From positions 1,593,812 through 1,646,475 of the forward strand of contig BFEA01000004.1 of the NCBI GenBank assembly GCA_003427395.1: a DNA stretch of 52,664 bases. Reading direction: 5' to 3'. The notes below the pieces were generated by a model. The model saw only the letters and a program-made list of their open reading frames with translations. It made no database searches and was not told the origin of the DNA. Positions 11,267-22,969 of this stretch are shown one piece after another (the first letter of the stretch is position 1; the number at the start of each line of letters is the position of its first letter). The DNA comes from Chara braunii. Lineage: Eukaryota; Plantae; Charophyceae. A program made the position numbers and the translations under genes.

Positions 11267-13617
11267 CCACAGGCACGAACAGGATGCACACAACAACAAG
11301 AACTGCTTCAGACCCAGAATATCCTTTGCCCCAGACAACTACCCCCCCCTCCCCCTCTGATCAATCCACACAAGGGATCTGGCACGGTGGGTTTCTTTCT
11401 CCAACTCCCCCTTCCCTGTACTGCCTATCCTACTTCTCCTCCGAACCGACATCCCTGACCAGCTAACAAAAGCAGAAGGACTGTGGTTCGGCTGCATCCG
11501 TAAGGCAACGCTGGGGTTCATATGAAAAGAGAGAGGCAGCAGAACCCTCGAAGGCTTGTCCAGCTCAAGAGAAAAGGTGTGAGCAGAGACAAGGATTATG
11601 ATCCAAGCGGAGACACTCCGCAAAGGGTGAAAGCCCCAATATTATTTACCGTAAGAGGAAAGCCAGCGGCAAAAAGCAAAGGATAAACTCAGAAGGCCGT
11701 CCAATAAACTCAGAAGGCCCTGATTATTGGACGGAAAAGAGGCTGAATGGTGAAAAGATCGGAGCGGTTGGAAAGACGGGCACAATTTGGACACGAGCAG
11801 GAGTCCCCAACGTGACCAAACATACGTAGGAAGCTGATAAAGAGAAAGGCCGAAAAGAGATGGGAAAAAAGCTGTACACAATGGCAAGTCTTTACAGGAG
11901 CAAGGTGAGAGGAGTCAGCAACTGGAAGGTACAGCACAACGGTCTGTGCCAAAGCCAAGCGACATTGGAAAAGCATGCTGGGTTTAGGAGGGACAAAGAT
12001 CAGGGACTCAGAAGGGAACGAGGGCTTAGTGTTTAAGGATGGAAGCTGTCACCAAGACGCCGGGTGGAGGGCAAGTTAGGGTATCTGGGACAGTGTAGAG
12101 GAAAAGGGAAAGGGCTACAAGAGTTTCATCCAGCTCACTAGGGAAAACAAGGGCAACTAGAACCGGGAAGACGAAGATCTGGACATACAACAGAGGGTTA
12201 GGATTTAAAGACATGGGGAACCAAAAAAACGACGGGGGCAATGAAAGGGCTGAGGGTTTCATGCACAGACGCAGGGTAAAGACACGGGTCAGCTCTTCCT
12301 AGTATAAATAGGCATATCCGGCAGATCCGGGCAGTAGGTCTGAGAGGGAAGAGAGGGCAGTGGCAAGCTGGCAGTCAATCCTTCACCAAAAGTGGAGCAA
12401 TCAATGCTGTCCAGGGTTCCTTCGGCCAAACGGAAGGAAGCGTGTGTGATATGATGTTTTTTTTTTTGTATTTGACTTGCGGGTGGAAAAGGAACCGGAC
12501 TGACGCTCCCCAGAAATGAAGGAGCCAGGACCATAAGGCCTCATTTGATTGAAAAATAAAAAAAAATAAAAAAAATCCAGGATGTCATCAGTCATAATTG
12601 TTTTTTGTGTTTTAGCCCACTGCAGTAGTAGCAGGTGTCTGACTGTATTTTATCATGAATGAATTCCAACCACCAGTGCTCGCGCCGCTTTTGTGGGGGC
12701 TTGGCAGTCCAGGCTGAAATAGCTGGCGGTGTCAGCTGGGGAAAAGGGAACCATTGAGAAGTACTAGTGTGGCTTGACTGGTACCCAACACTTGAGTACT
12801 GCTGCTGGAAAAGGTGTGGTATCTATCTGGTATAGTGGAGTGCAAATGGTACAATGGAGTCGTTATTCATAAGGGCACCTTTTTCCTTGTATTTTTTTTT
12901 TTAACATCATGAATCATTAGGGCTTGTAAAAGGGAGAGTGGCACAGCCACTACCTCATTTTGCTCCATTGGACATCCAACACCTCTGGATTAAGGCACAG
13001 AATGCCTTAGCTCTGCTTCGCTCAGCTGCTGCTGCTTCGGTACTCTCACGTGCCCACAGTGACCCTGCTTCCCCAGTGGAAGCATATGCAGCGAACAGCA
13101 CTCAAAATTTCTCCGAAAAAAACAAATTAACAATTTAAAGTTTATCGAGTATGAAAATCCTGGTCATCCCCCCCCCCCCCCCCCTTAAATGAGCTCTGCA
13201 ATCTTAAACCACCAGTACCTCTGCATGGCAATAAAAGATTGATCAGCGCGGGCACCTTTTTGTGTGTGCATGCCTCTGGCACCACCAGCCATTTTGGTGT
13301 GGTAGACCAAAAGCCCCGATGGGTGCAGCAACGTTCATGGCCGCATTTGAACAAAATGCCTGGGAAAGCTACTGGTGCACAGCCAGAACAGTGCCTGTGC
13401 CAAAAGTGAAAGTTGTTGTAGGGAAGGGAAATCTACATGNNNNNNNNNNNNNNNNNNNNNNNNNNNNNNNNNNNNNNNNNNNNNNNNNNNNNNNNNNNNN
13501 NNNNNNNNNNNNNNNNNNNNNNNNNNNNNNNNNNNNNNNNNTCTACATGGCGTCTCCCTGCTACTGCCATCACGCCAGCAGGGAAATCGACTGAACTTTT
13601 TCCTTTTCCCTTAAAGA

Positions 13618-13733
13618 ATTTGGTCCTATTTGGACCATTTCTCGACTTATGCATGTCATCCTTGCGCAGGGGGCATGCTACCTAATCAATCTTCTCTGTA
13701 TCGTTCCAATTTTAACGGATGTCCAGGAGGATG
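13618..13733 (-). pseudogene. U6: Second U6 snRNA copy with an 8-nt insertion
   Basis: Reverse complement reads GGACATCCGTTAAAATTGGAACGATACAGAGAAGATT[GATTAGGT]AGCATGCCCCCTGCGCAAGGATGACATGCATAAGTCGAGAAATGGTCCAAAT. Confidence 0.92.
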
Positions 13734-14496
13734 AGTGGATTTTTGTCACCTCAACTCCCTACCACCTTCCCCAGAAGGACGAGCGAATTTGGCGCTTTCG
13801 AAACGGCAGGCCAGGACATCCTGCCAGATGTGGCGCGAGCACTGCCGTGCGGCAGAAAAATGGCTTGGAAAAGAACATGTGGTTTAACTGGGGAAAAAAA
13901 GGCACGCCCGAACGTTCCTGAGAGGTCGGCCCACTTTGCTGAAGTAGTGGTGGTTTTATGGAAGGGGGACTGGGCAGGGATAAGAGGACACACGTCGAAC
14001 TTGTGTGATGGGAAGTAAGCAACGGAGTCCTGAAGTTCAGGTCTATAATGCTCACAGTGGTGCCGCTCACGGCGAGTAGCAGTCAATGGAGAATTCTCAT
14101 TGAGCACATTAAATGTTTTTGAGTGGGCCCATGTAATTTATATAGGGGCTCATTTTTTCGACTGGGTTCGTAAAATGTTCCAGAGTAAGGCTTGGTGGTT
14201 GCACTTCGTTTTTCCCCTTTTTGTCTTTTTTAATGAAACGGCGGCGCTTGACATTGGCTTCTCGTCTTCTTAGTAGGGGGTAGAAGTTGGAGTAGTAGGA
14301 TGAGTGGCAAGAGTGTGAAGATTCTTCCCCTTCTTTTCTGAGCCAATAAGCGAAACTGGCTGATGCCGCCAGAGGTCACTTGGGTTGAATTGTGGGGACC
14401 CCGGCCCTAATTTGGATATTTTGCAATATAATTGTACGTGTGGTTTAAAAAAAAAAAAAAAAAAAAACTTTTGACTTCTCGTCCTGTGGGGTGTAA

Positions 14497-14651
14497 ACGA
14501 CCAGTACTTCGGAAAGCCGTTCCCGTTAACAAGCCATGATTTTAGGCAACGAACGGGCCACTACAGGAGTGCCCAAATTCATCCAACTAGAACCGTTTCT
14601 ACTCTACTTTTTTTCCGCCGCCGATAGCTGGGCCAAGTACTGGTGGTTGGT
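14497..14651. mobile_element. MITE of the ACCACCAGTAC-TIR / TTAA family (~155 bp)
   Basis: Ends ACGACCAGTACTT and AAGTACTGGTGGT(TGGT)-TTAA; colinear homolog at 32274-32423. Confidence 0.85.
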
Positions 14652-15363
14652 TTAACTGAGTAGTAATCAGTTATGGATGGGACTGATGACAATGCTCTAG
14701 AAGAAAACTGAAGGGAAGGGAGATGAGGTGACCAATAAGAATTATGCAGGAATTATGGATGAGGCAGGACCCGTGTGGACAGATGGGGGTGATCTTGTCC
14801 TATGGACAATTAAGAGGTAGGGGGTGGGCAGGAGTGATGAAGAAGCATGGGGCGATATCGACTAGGAATGGGGTGATTGGATGGCAAATCCGGTCATTTG
14901 TTGGGGGAAGGGAAGATGGGCGAGCGACATGCATATAATGAGAAGGCAGCTGTACGATGACGAGGACCACTGCAATCTGGTCAGGGGGAGGGTTGCCTGT
15001 AATGGGGAGGAAGCCCGTCCTATAATGCCCTCACGCTCTGGTCCTCACAGTGACTGAGCTTTGCCTAGTTCTCTCGAGTCTCTTCTAACAGTGTTTTCTT
15101 TGGGGGGAAGGCTCCTTAACTTTTCATGATGCCCAAGTCCATTGGCAGGGGGCAGCGCCTGCTGAAAACCGGGCCCACTGAACACCCCAGACACTCAATT
15201 ACTCCCAACCTGGGAAGATTGACTGCCAGATTTCAACTGAAAATGGGGGGTCTTAACAGACTCCCATCACCTGAAAAAAAAAAAAACATCAAATTCATAG
15301 ACTGGGACTTCCAGCCACTTCAGGCCATAAAATGAGCCCCGCAGGCGGGTATAGCACACCAAC

Positions 15364-16122
15364 ATGTCTAGCCTGCTACTACGATTGGCGGGGACTCTTC
15401 AACAAGATGCGGCGGACTGGGTTGACGTCTTGGGGGCGGCTCATCAGCAGCTGCAGGCGACGGTGGGTGAGCTGATTCAGCGCTCACAGGAGCAGGCAGC
15501 GTTGGAAGGGGGTGGGCTCTCCTTGTCTGCATGGGTCGCTTCCCGTTCACAAATTTTGTTGGACATCATTTGGGAGATAGAGGAGTTGGAGGAGATGTTA
15601 GTTTCTGGGCTTCATTCTTCTCTGGATTGGCGCCAGGTGGAGGCCGACCTGGTAGTTTGCAAGGCCCATCGGTCTTGTGAGATGGACGCAGGGCGGCCGC
15701 TCATGCTGGATGGTGCTTCGCCTGTAACGTTTGCGGCGACTGATCGGACTGTGCTGGCGGCTTGTACCTCCTTTCCCATCATGAATGCCACCGACATGTT
15801 CAGCTTTAACAATCGGTCCAATAACAACGACTTCATCGATAATCACTACTGCTACATCACGAACGTCGGCAGCATCTCCACCAACTGCACTTGCTATAAC
15901 TACCACTACTTTACTTCCACCACTTCTCACACCGGCATCGACTCGCCAGTGGAGGGCGCGGAGGCTGCCAGGCTGGCACGGGCGACACCCGTCCTTGTAG
16001 GGATGTTGCTTGGTTGGCCGCGTACGGGGATTGGTTGGTTGATTGGGGTGGGGCTGATTAGGGGTGACAGGTCGTCTGGGTGGCAGTTTTCTGCGTTCTG
16101 TTTGCTGCTTCTTTTATTTTAA
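15364..16122 (+). CDS. 252-aa ORF of unknown function, probably repeat-derived
   Basis: Longest non-LINE gap-free ORF, ATG start, GC-rich island; low-complexity N/Y/T segment; no recognised domain. Confidence 0.25.
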   Translation: MSSLLLRLAGTLQQDAADWVDVLGAAHQQLQATVGELIQRSQEQAALEGGGLSLSAWVASRSQILLDIIWEIEELEEMLVSGLHSSLDWRQVEADLVVCKAHRSCEMDAGRPLMLDGASPVTFAATDRTVLAACTSFPIMNATDMFSFNNRSNNNDFIDNHYCYITNVGSISTNCTCYNYHYFTSTTSHTGIDSPVEGAEAARLARATPVLVGMLLGWPRTGIGWLIGVGLIRGDRSSGWQFSAFCLLLLLF

Positions 16123-17366
16123 TTTTTTTACGTATCTCCGTTGTTGATTGTCGGTGACTTGCGTTACAATGCCCGGCGGGCTTACTCCTACTGCTTTGGA
16201 CATGTCATTTGTTTGACTACTGAGACCTGACACCTGGCCGGGCCTCCTCATGCTATCTGTTTCCATTTGTGTTTCTTGATATGTGCTTCTCGATATAGTC
16301 GGCTCTATGCGTCGTAGATAGTAGGTTAATGCATCTACAACGATCCCGGGGCCTACTTATGTGCTTTCTTCATATTTCTGATTTAAGACAGTAGGATATA
16401 ATTGCAGCGGGTTAATCCTCCTCTGGTATGGGGGAGTAATCAATGCCTCTGCATCTACGATGGGCACGTGGCCTGATTGGACTGAGATTTAGTTTGTTTT
16501 GAATGGTTCTGGAGATTAGATGACGAGGGAGGCTGGACCCATTTTTCCAGTATAGACATTCATTGCGATACACCTGGATGCTGGACTTGAATTTCAGCAA
16601 GATACATTTTCTTCATTGTACAGGGACGCTGGACCCGATTTCCAGCAGGTGCAGCTCCCCACCAATAGATGGAGCCTTCGATGCTGAGGCCTACTTACCG
16701 GGGATGCTCCTATCTCCTCGTTAAGTAGGTTCTCCACATATGAAGTTTCTGGAAAAAAAAAAAAAAAAAAAAAAAAGGGCAGGGCACAAAAGTCCATGCC
16801 ACCAGCCCCCATTTCCATTATTATGGATAGGGGCCAATTCCCTGAGCCATGCAGCAACCACCTTCCCCTAGGTGACCTCTGGCAATGGGGGAGGCATATT
16901 CCTTTCTCCTTATACCTGCCAGCCAACCCATTCTCTGGTACTCATCTGCCTTCATACTGCACCCTCAGGCCAACCATCCATCTTGCATCCTCCCCTCCTG
17001 TCTTCGTTTTGACTCCTGCCTCGCCGACTCCAATTTGAATTGTTTTTGTGTTTTTCTTTTTGCTTAGAGGGGAGCAGGAGGGGGTTAGGTTAGAGAGAGG
17101 GGGGTCTTGGAGATCATCAATACACATGGTGGTAAAATCATGCCCAAGATTTAGGCACCACAGTCATCAATGGTTCTAATTTGTTCGTGGGGAGCAGCAC
17201 GTGCTCGAATCCCGGGCCAGTCACAATACCACAGAAAACACATTAGAATCTTGAACACATTAATGCCTGAGGGAGATTCTTGGTCCTGAGAAGCATCAGT
17301 TACTTTTCTTCAGAAAAAGATATACTCCCTGGCTACAGGACTTCCCCTTTTTTGTTCTGTTCTTAA

Positions 17367-17522
17367 ACAACCAGTACTTCCAACACTCACGGCTCTTGTG
17401 CGCCGGCGCATTGGGATGGACAGGCCTGCAGCACCGAAATAAATTCATTCAAGTGAAAATGTTGTGACATCGTGGCGATGGGTAGCTCGTTAACGGCCAA
17501 CCTTCTCAGAAGTACTGGTGGC
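17367..17522. mobile_element. MITE of the TTAA family (156 bp)
   Basis: TTAA-ACAACCAGTACTTC ... GAAGTACTGGTGGC-TTAA; subterminal CGTTAAC shared with the 14497 copy. Confidence 0.8.
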
Positions 17523-18134
17523 TTAAACTGCCATTGTGGTTTAAACTGCCAGTACATCACCCAGGCGAATTTGAGAATCGATATCGTGCCAGACAGAAAA
17601 TTTTGGAAGCTCCGTGCTACTGGACCAAAATGGGTGGTGGCGCCAGCCAATATTACCCCTAGGAAATGGGAGAACTGGGGCGCAGTCAAGGTTTTCAGTT
17701 TTAAATGAATTTCAGTCACGGTTTCGTAAAGTTTTTTTTCCAAAGCGAGGAAAATCGTGAGTGTATCCAACCCAGCTTTAGGGTTGCGTGGGGATGTTTT
17801 GTGTTCAAGGGATGCCTGAAGTGGATTTAGAACTGAAAACGTGTCTGCGGCATGGTAACCCCAAAGGAAGAACACTGCGCTGGTGTTGTGGCAAAGGTTG
17901 GCATACAGGGGGATTCCACCTCGTCAAAAAGAGGCTTGGATGTAAGCTGGAAATCGGGTCCAGCATCCAACAAACGTATAACACGGAGCTTCCCAACCAC
18001 TTTATGTTAACCATGCAGATACAGATAAGGGTACCACCTCCAATTATAGACCCCTTGCTAATGTTTCAAACAGAAAAACAGGAGGCACTTGTGATAAGCC
18101 AGGATCCGTACTGGGCAGCTTCCTGTACCCTTAA

Positions 18135-18365
18135 ACCACCAGTACTTGGCCCATACATGGGCTGCGGGCCTTCCCTGTTAAAGCGCCGTGGCCTTAGGGG
18201 GTCGGCCAAGGGAAGGCCCGGTCGTTGCTATAAGGCTGGGTGCCACCTTCTGCGGGATGACACTTTGAAATGCCTTCTGTGAGGAAAAGGAAAAAAAACA
18301 ACAACAATAAAAAGTAGAAAAACAACGAAAGAAAATGGATCTGTGTGGGCCCCAGCCAGTTTGCC

Positions 18366-18440
<75 letters not shown>

Positions 18441-18892
18441 GCGCGCGCGCGGGAAGATTCATTCCCGTTTTGCACTTTCGAAACGTGCATGGTTTTTAAA
18501 GTGCAAAACGGGAACCAATCTTCCCGCCCAAGCAGGAAGATTCATTCCCATCATACCCAGAGAGAGAGAGAGAGAGTGGCCGTGAAGTCGACGGGGCNNN
18601 NNNNNNNNNNNNNNNNNNNNNNNNNNNNNNNNNNNNNNNNNNNNNNNNNNNNNNNNNNNNNNNNNNNNNNNNNNNNNNNNNNNNNNNNNNNNNNNNNNNN
18701 NNNNNNNNNNNNNNNNNNNNNNNNNNNNNNNNNNNNNNNNNNNNNNNNNNNNNNNNNNNNNNNNNNNNNNNNNNNNNNNNNNNNNNNNNNNNNNNNNNNN
18801 NNNNNNNNNNNNNNNNNNNNNNNNNNNNNNNNNNNNNNNNNNNNNNNNNNNNNNNNNNNNNNNNNNNNNNNNNNNNNNNNNNNNNNNNNNNN

Positions 18893-18943
<51 letters not shown>

Positions 18944-18976
18944 CATTGGGCCCCAGCGACTTCGCTGCCACTCTCC

Positions 18977-19014
<38 letters not shown>

Positions 19015-19383
19015 CTCTCTCGCGCGCGCGCGCGTGCTCGCTCTCTCTGTGGCGCCAACAGAAGTGAAAGCTTTATTTTTTTTTCTTTTTGCTTTTTCTA
19101 TTTGTTTGTCCTTTTTCTTTTTCTTTTTTCTTTTTTTTTTGCTTTTTCTATTTTTTTTTCTTTTTTCTTTTTCTATTTTGTTTTCCCCCGAACATAACGC
19201 ACCCTAAAAATGAATGTATACAAGCTATATTTCCGGCCAGATACAGCCAAAATAAGGGTGCGTTGTGTTCGGGGGAAGACGGTAGGCCTGGGAAGTGAAG
19301 AACCGGTAGTTCGAGCCTCGGCACGGCTCGGCATACCGGTCGGCCAAGGCTCGGACTTCATAGCTGGGCCAAGTACTGGTGGT
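18135..19383. mobile_element. Non-autonomous TTAA-family element, ~1.25 kb, with (CT)n/(AG)n tracts and a gap
   Basis: TTAA-ACCACCAGTACTTGGCCCA ... TGGGCCAAGTACTGGTGGT-TTAA, perfect 19-bp TIR. Confidence 0.88.
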
Positions 19384-19774
19384 TTAAGGGAAAATCCCAC
19401 GTAAGGCCCCAAAGTACGGATTCAAGATAATAGGGAAGAACGGGGCTTCATTTCCTTTTTTTTTTTATTCTTTCTTTCTTTATTTTTTCGTTTACGAAAA
19501 GAGGGACGGAGTAGAAAATGTAATTCGGGTGTCGCGTGGCCGGTTAGCGGTCGCACCAAGAAATTCAAGAAGCAGTTGGGAATTACCGGGAGTAGGAATT
19601 TTGAATTTTTGCGCGCGTGGCTGTTTTTTGAATTTTTGCTCGCCGCGTGAACCCGTTCTCCTGCTCTGCATCCCCGCACCATCTTCCTTTCTTGCTGTGC
19701 ATCCCCTTCCTGCATGTCTCTTTGTCTTCCCTCTAAGCGAAGTCCGATCCGCCCCCCTTCTCATTTCCCTGCGA

Positions 19775-19960
19775 ACGATTGGCTGTCTGATTGGGATGGT
19801 CGGGGCAACGTGGTGGTGGCGGGAAGCGCACCCCACTGCAGATCATCCGACTCGCCTCCTTCGATCCTTCTAGAACCGCTGCCCTTCTTCTGTCCTGCTC
19901 ATCTACGCCCCGTGCTTCGTGCAGCCTCCCTGCCGCTTTCCACGCTATAAATTCTCGCAA
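19775..19960 (+). promoter_or_regulatory. Pol II promoter-like region
   Basis: Two reverse CCAAT boxes (GATTGG at ~19778 and ~19789), CTATAAAT at ~19945, pyrimidine-rich leader, polypyrimidine-AG acceptor-like sites downstream. Confidence 0.3.
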
Positions 19961-22052
19961 TCCCTTCCTCTCACTCTCTTTGATCTCGGTTGCAAGCTGC
20001 GAAAGCTATGCGCGAAGCCTGCGGCGGCGGAAAGGCTCGACGTGCCCCGTGGGGGGCAGAGTGACGGTGGGTGGCGGAGTTAGCGGTAGACTTAGGATAA
20101 GGCAGTCGGAGGAACATAGCGGTGGTGGAGATCAGACGCCAGCAGCGGCAGGGCCTTGTGTCTATGGTCGTCGGTGGTTTTGACGGATTGGGGACTGGGC
20201 CCGAAGCGGCCAGTCGTGAGAATTCTGTATTTTAAGACGAGTTTTTTCTCCATTGCTGCTTTGTCCCCGTGTGATGTGTGCATGGTCCCAATGTGTGGGT
20301 AATCCGTTTTGCATGTTCGGGTATGAAAGTCTATGGATGTTGAATGTTTCATTGAGGGCTCTATGAGTAGGCATGCGTGTATGCGCCCCCAGGCCTGATA
20401 ATGAGTACCGAATGTCGATTGTCGGCATGAGTGCACGAGTGCGCCGGTCCTTCCTCCTCTCATTCGCCTTTAAACCCGTGCGGGTGTGCGGGATACACGC
20501 CAACCTCCTTCCGCCGTCTCTCTCTCTCTCTCTCTCTCTCATCGTGCGCAAGTGGGAATTCCAAGGGGAGGTGGATAATCTCGGACAGAGCGGTAGTCCG
20601 CGTTTCCGCAACGCGGCCGACCTCTCTGGGTGCACCCCGGGGTCCCCGACACCACGCTGAGGTTGATGCTGCAGAGAGAGACGGAGAAATAGAGCTAGGC
20701 GCATCCTTTTCAGAGGTATTCGTTTGTCTTTGCATGGAGCCTTGACGGACGGGAGCGCGGGCTGTGGCCCAAGCTCGGACTTTGTCCTAGAGCGTTGCAG
20801 CATGCTTCCGCCCTTCCCCATCGCCAATGACGACGGCGTACACTGTGATGCGGACGTGCGGAGCATACTGTGGCGCACTGAGCCAATCCATCTTTATAAC
20901 CCGACCCAGGCCTGCCACGTAGGAGGGAGCGGGTTCGTGCTGATTGAGCGATTTTCTTCCCCACCTTTAATCTTGCCTTACACAGACCTCACGGTGTTGC
21001 CCTGGTCTGCTGTGCACACTGCGTGGCGGCCACAGTTTAATTGCCACTGGTGTTGTCAGGGGGACTCGTGCTTGTGGCAACGGTTGGTCCTGGGGTACGA
21101 AGGAGACGTCTGCTTCCCCGAACTCTCCCGCAACGTGGGTGCCCTCCCCGCCCGTTATCGAACCTGGGTTCCATCGACCTGCCCGACCCCGGGCAGCCAC
21201 GTGCTGTGCCGTCTGCCCGGACTCCATGAGTCGGACGTCGAAGCCTGAACCCGATTTTGGGGCCTCCGCCCCCAAGGGCCGTGCGAACCTGGCGCCTCGA
21301 AGAACGGAGCTCCGTTCCCGTCGGCTTTGTTTCTCTTCTCCCCTCCCCTCTCATTTTCTTTTCTTCCTTTTTCATAAGGTGATGACGGTCGGGCCGTCGG
21401 GCACCGTTGTTCGCCCCCGGTGACAGCTCAAACCCCTGCCTATGCACCTCGGCCTGAAGCAAGAGTCCCTCGTTTCGTCCGGGTGGCTCAACCCCCACGG
21501 CCAAAAATCCTCGGCCACGCCCCTAACTACTCTGATCCGGAACGTCGAGGTGGGCGTGAGGTTGTGCATCACACACTGGCCTTCTTTAGCCAGAGAGCAG
21601 GCTGCCAGGTTCATCTAGTAGCATAACAAGCCATGAGCACAAAGAAACACCCCCGTTCTTACTTAGCCGCAAACCCCATTCTAACCCCTGTCTTGACAGC
21701 ATTAGTTCAACGTGCACCACAAGGTGGAGGGTAGTGGACTGGCTTGGCACTACCATCTTCACCCGAATATAGTGCCTGGTCATTATAGTTGTATTTAGGG
21801 CAACTTTATGTCCAGATACTGCGAGAAGGACCGGGGGTTGTATTCGGGTGAAGATGGTAGCTAGGGTACAGGACACTCAGGGGGTGGGAGTGGACACACT
21901 GCATGGGAGGGTTGGACATAGGGAGCAGGGATTGTGATTAGTTCAGGGCAGAAGAACACTGCAGAGCCCCCAGACCTTGGTCCTGCACCGTTTCTTATCA
22001 CAACCAATTTTCAGACAGGTTTGGAAACAAGGAAAAGAAAAAGAGAAGAGAG

Positions 22053-22440
22053 GGGATAACCGGTAGCACACGTGCACCGGAAATCCGGCGGGCTGCTTAT
22101 GGCCAAAGCCTTCGGGTTGGACACTACCAGCCTGAACTTTTCCCCATGGATGCCAGGCGCCTTCACTGATCACTCCACCTCCCTGGGCCTTTTTTTCTAC
22201 TGCCATACGAATTTCGGCTCTATGCTTGCACCAGATTTTTGATCCGGTAGGCCCATTATTTTTTCTCGACCCTCATGATCTGGCGCTGTTTTGGTGCCAG
22301 ACTCATGATCCCGTAGGCCCACTGGTCGAAGGCACCTTGTACCCAGAAGGAAAAGCTTGGGCCGGTAGCACCCGACCTGGAGGCTTTGGGCTTCTACAGC
22401 CCAACAGATTTTTGGGTGGGTGTGTTCTACCCGTTATCCC
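22053..22440. mobile_element. Mutator-like MITE with ~90-bp degenerate TIRs
   Basis: GGGATAACCGGTAGCACAC... and ...GTGTTCTACCGTTATCCC; arms ~22053-22145 and ~22350-22440; no clean TSD. Confidence 0.55.
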
Positions 22441-22969
22441 AAAAAACAACAGCACTAACTCTGCCCGATATTTGCTTTAGGTGAGGGGAGGGCTACAGAG
22501 TTACCAGTCCCCAGCCCTGCACCATCCCCTACCATAACCCATTCTTTACACAGGTACTCTCCCCAAAGGCATGCCCATCCAAAACAAAAGGTCGAATCTC
22601 ATCAAACCAGCTTTCTTAAAGAAACAAGGAAACTTACACCACCACTCCGTTTCCCGACTTTTTTTCTTTGACTGAACCGCATGCATGCCACGTCTTTCAG
22701 GGGCTTGGCCTATCAGAACTGTTTGGCTGGTGGGGTCAGGCAAAACAAAAAAAAAAAGAGTGCCATGCAAGTTGGGGCGCAGTTTGCCTCAGGAGAAAGA
22801 GTGCCATGCCACGTCCACTTTTTCTTTTTGGCATGGAGCACAGTTTGCCTCAGGAAAAAGATGGTCCATTGAAGTTGTCCTCAGTAAGAATAATAATGAT
22901 AAGCCGAACATCTGTTGGGGTCTGACTCGTGGAGGTTATAAGATCACTGGCTGGAAAATGGGTCCAGCG

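Larger units (their letters stand above)
2148..12575 (+). mobile_element. Full-length non-LTR retrotransposon (L1/Tx1 group LINE), ~10.4 kb
   Basis: TSD TCCAGGATGT at 2138-2147 and 12576-12585; A-rich tail 12552-12575; ORF1 with zinc knuckle; ORF2 APE + RT + C-terminal CCHC. Confidence 0.88.

Noticed and set aside
18178-19197. RERE/LSLS and poly-X ORFs (also 23432-24673)
   Set aside because: Artefacts of (GA)n microsatellites and N gaps
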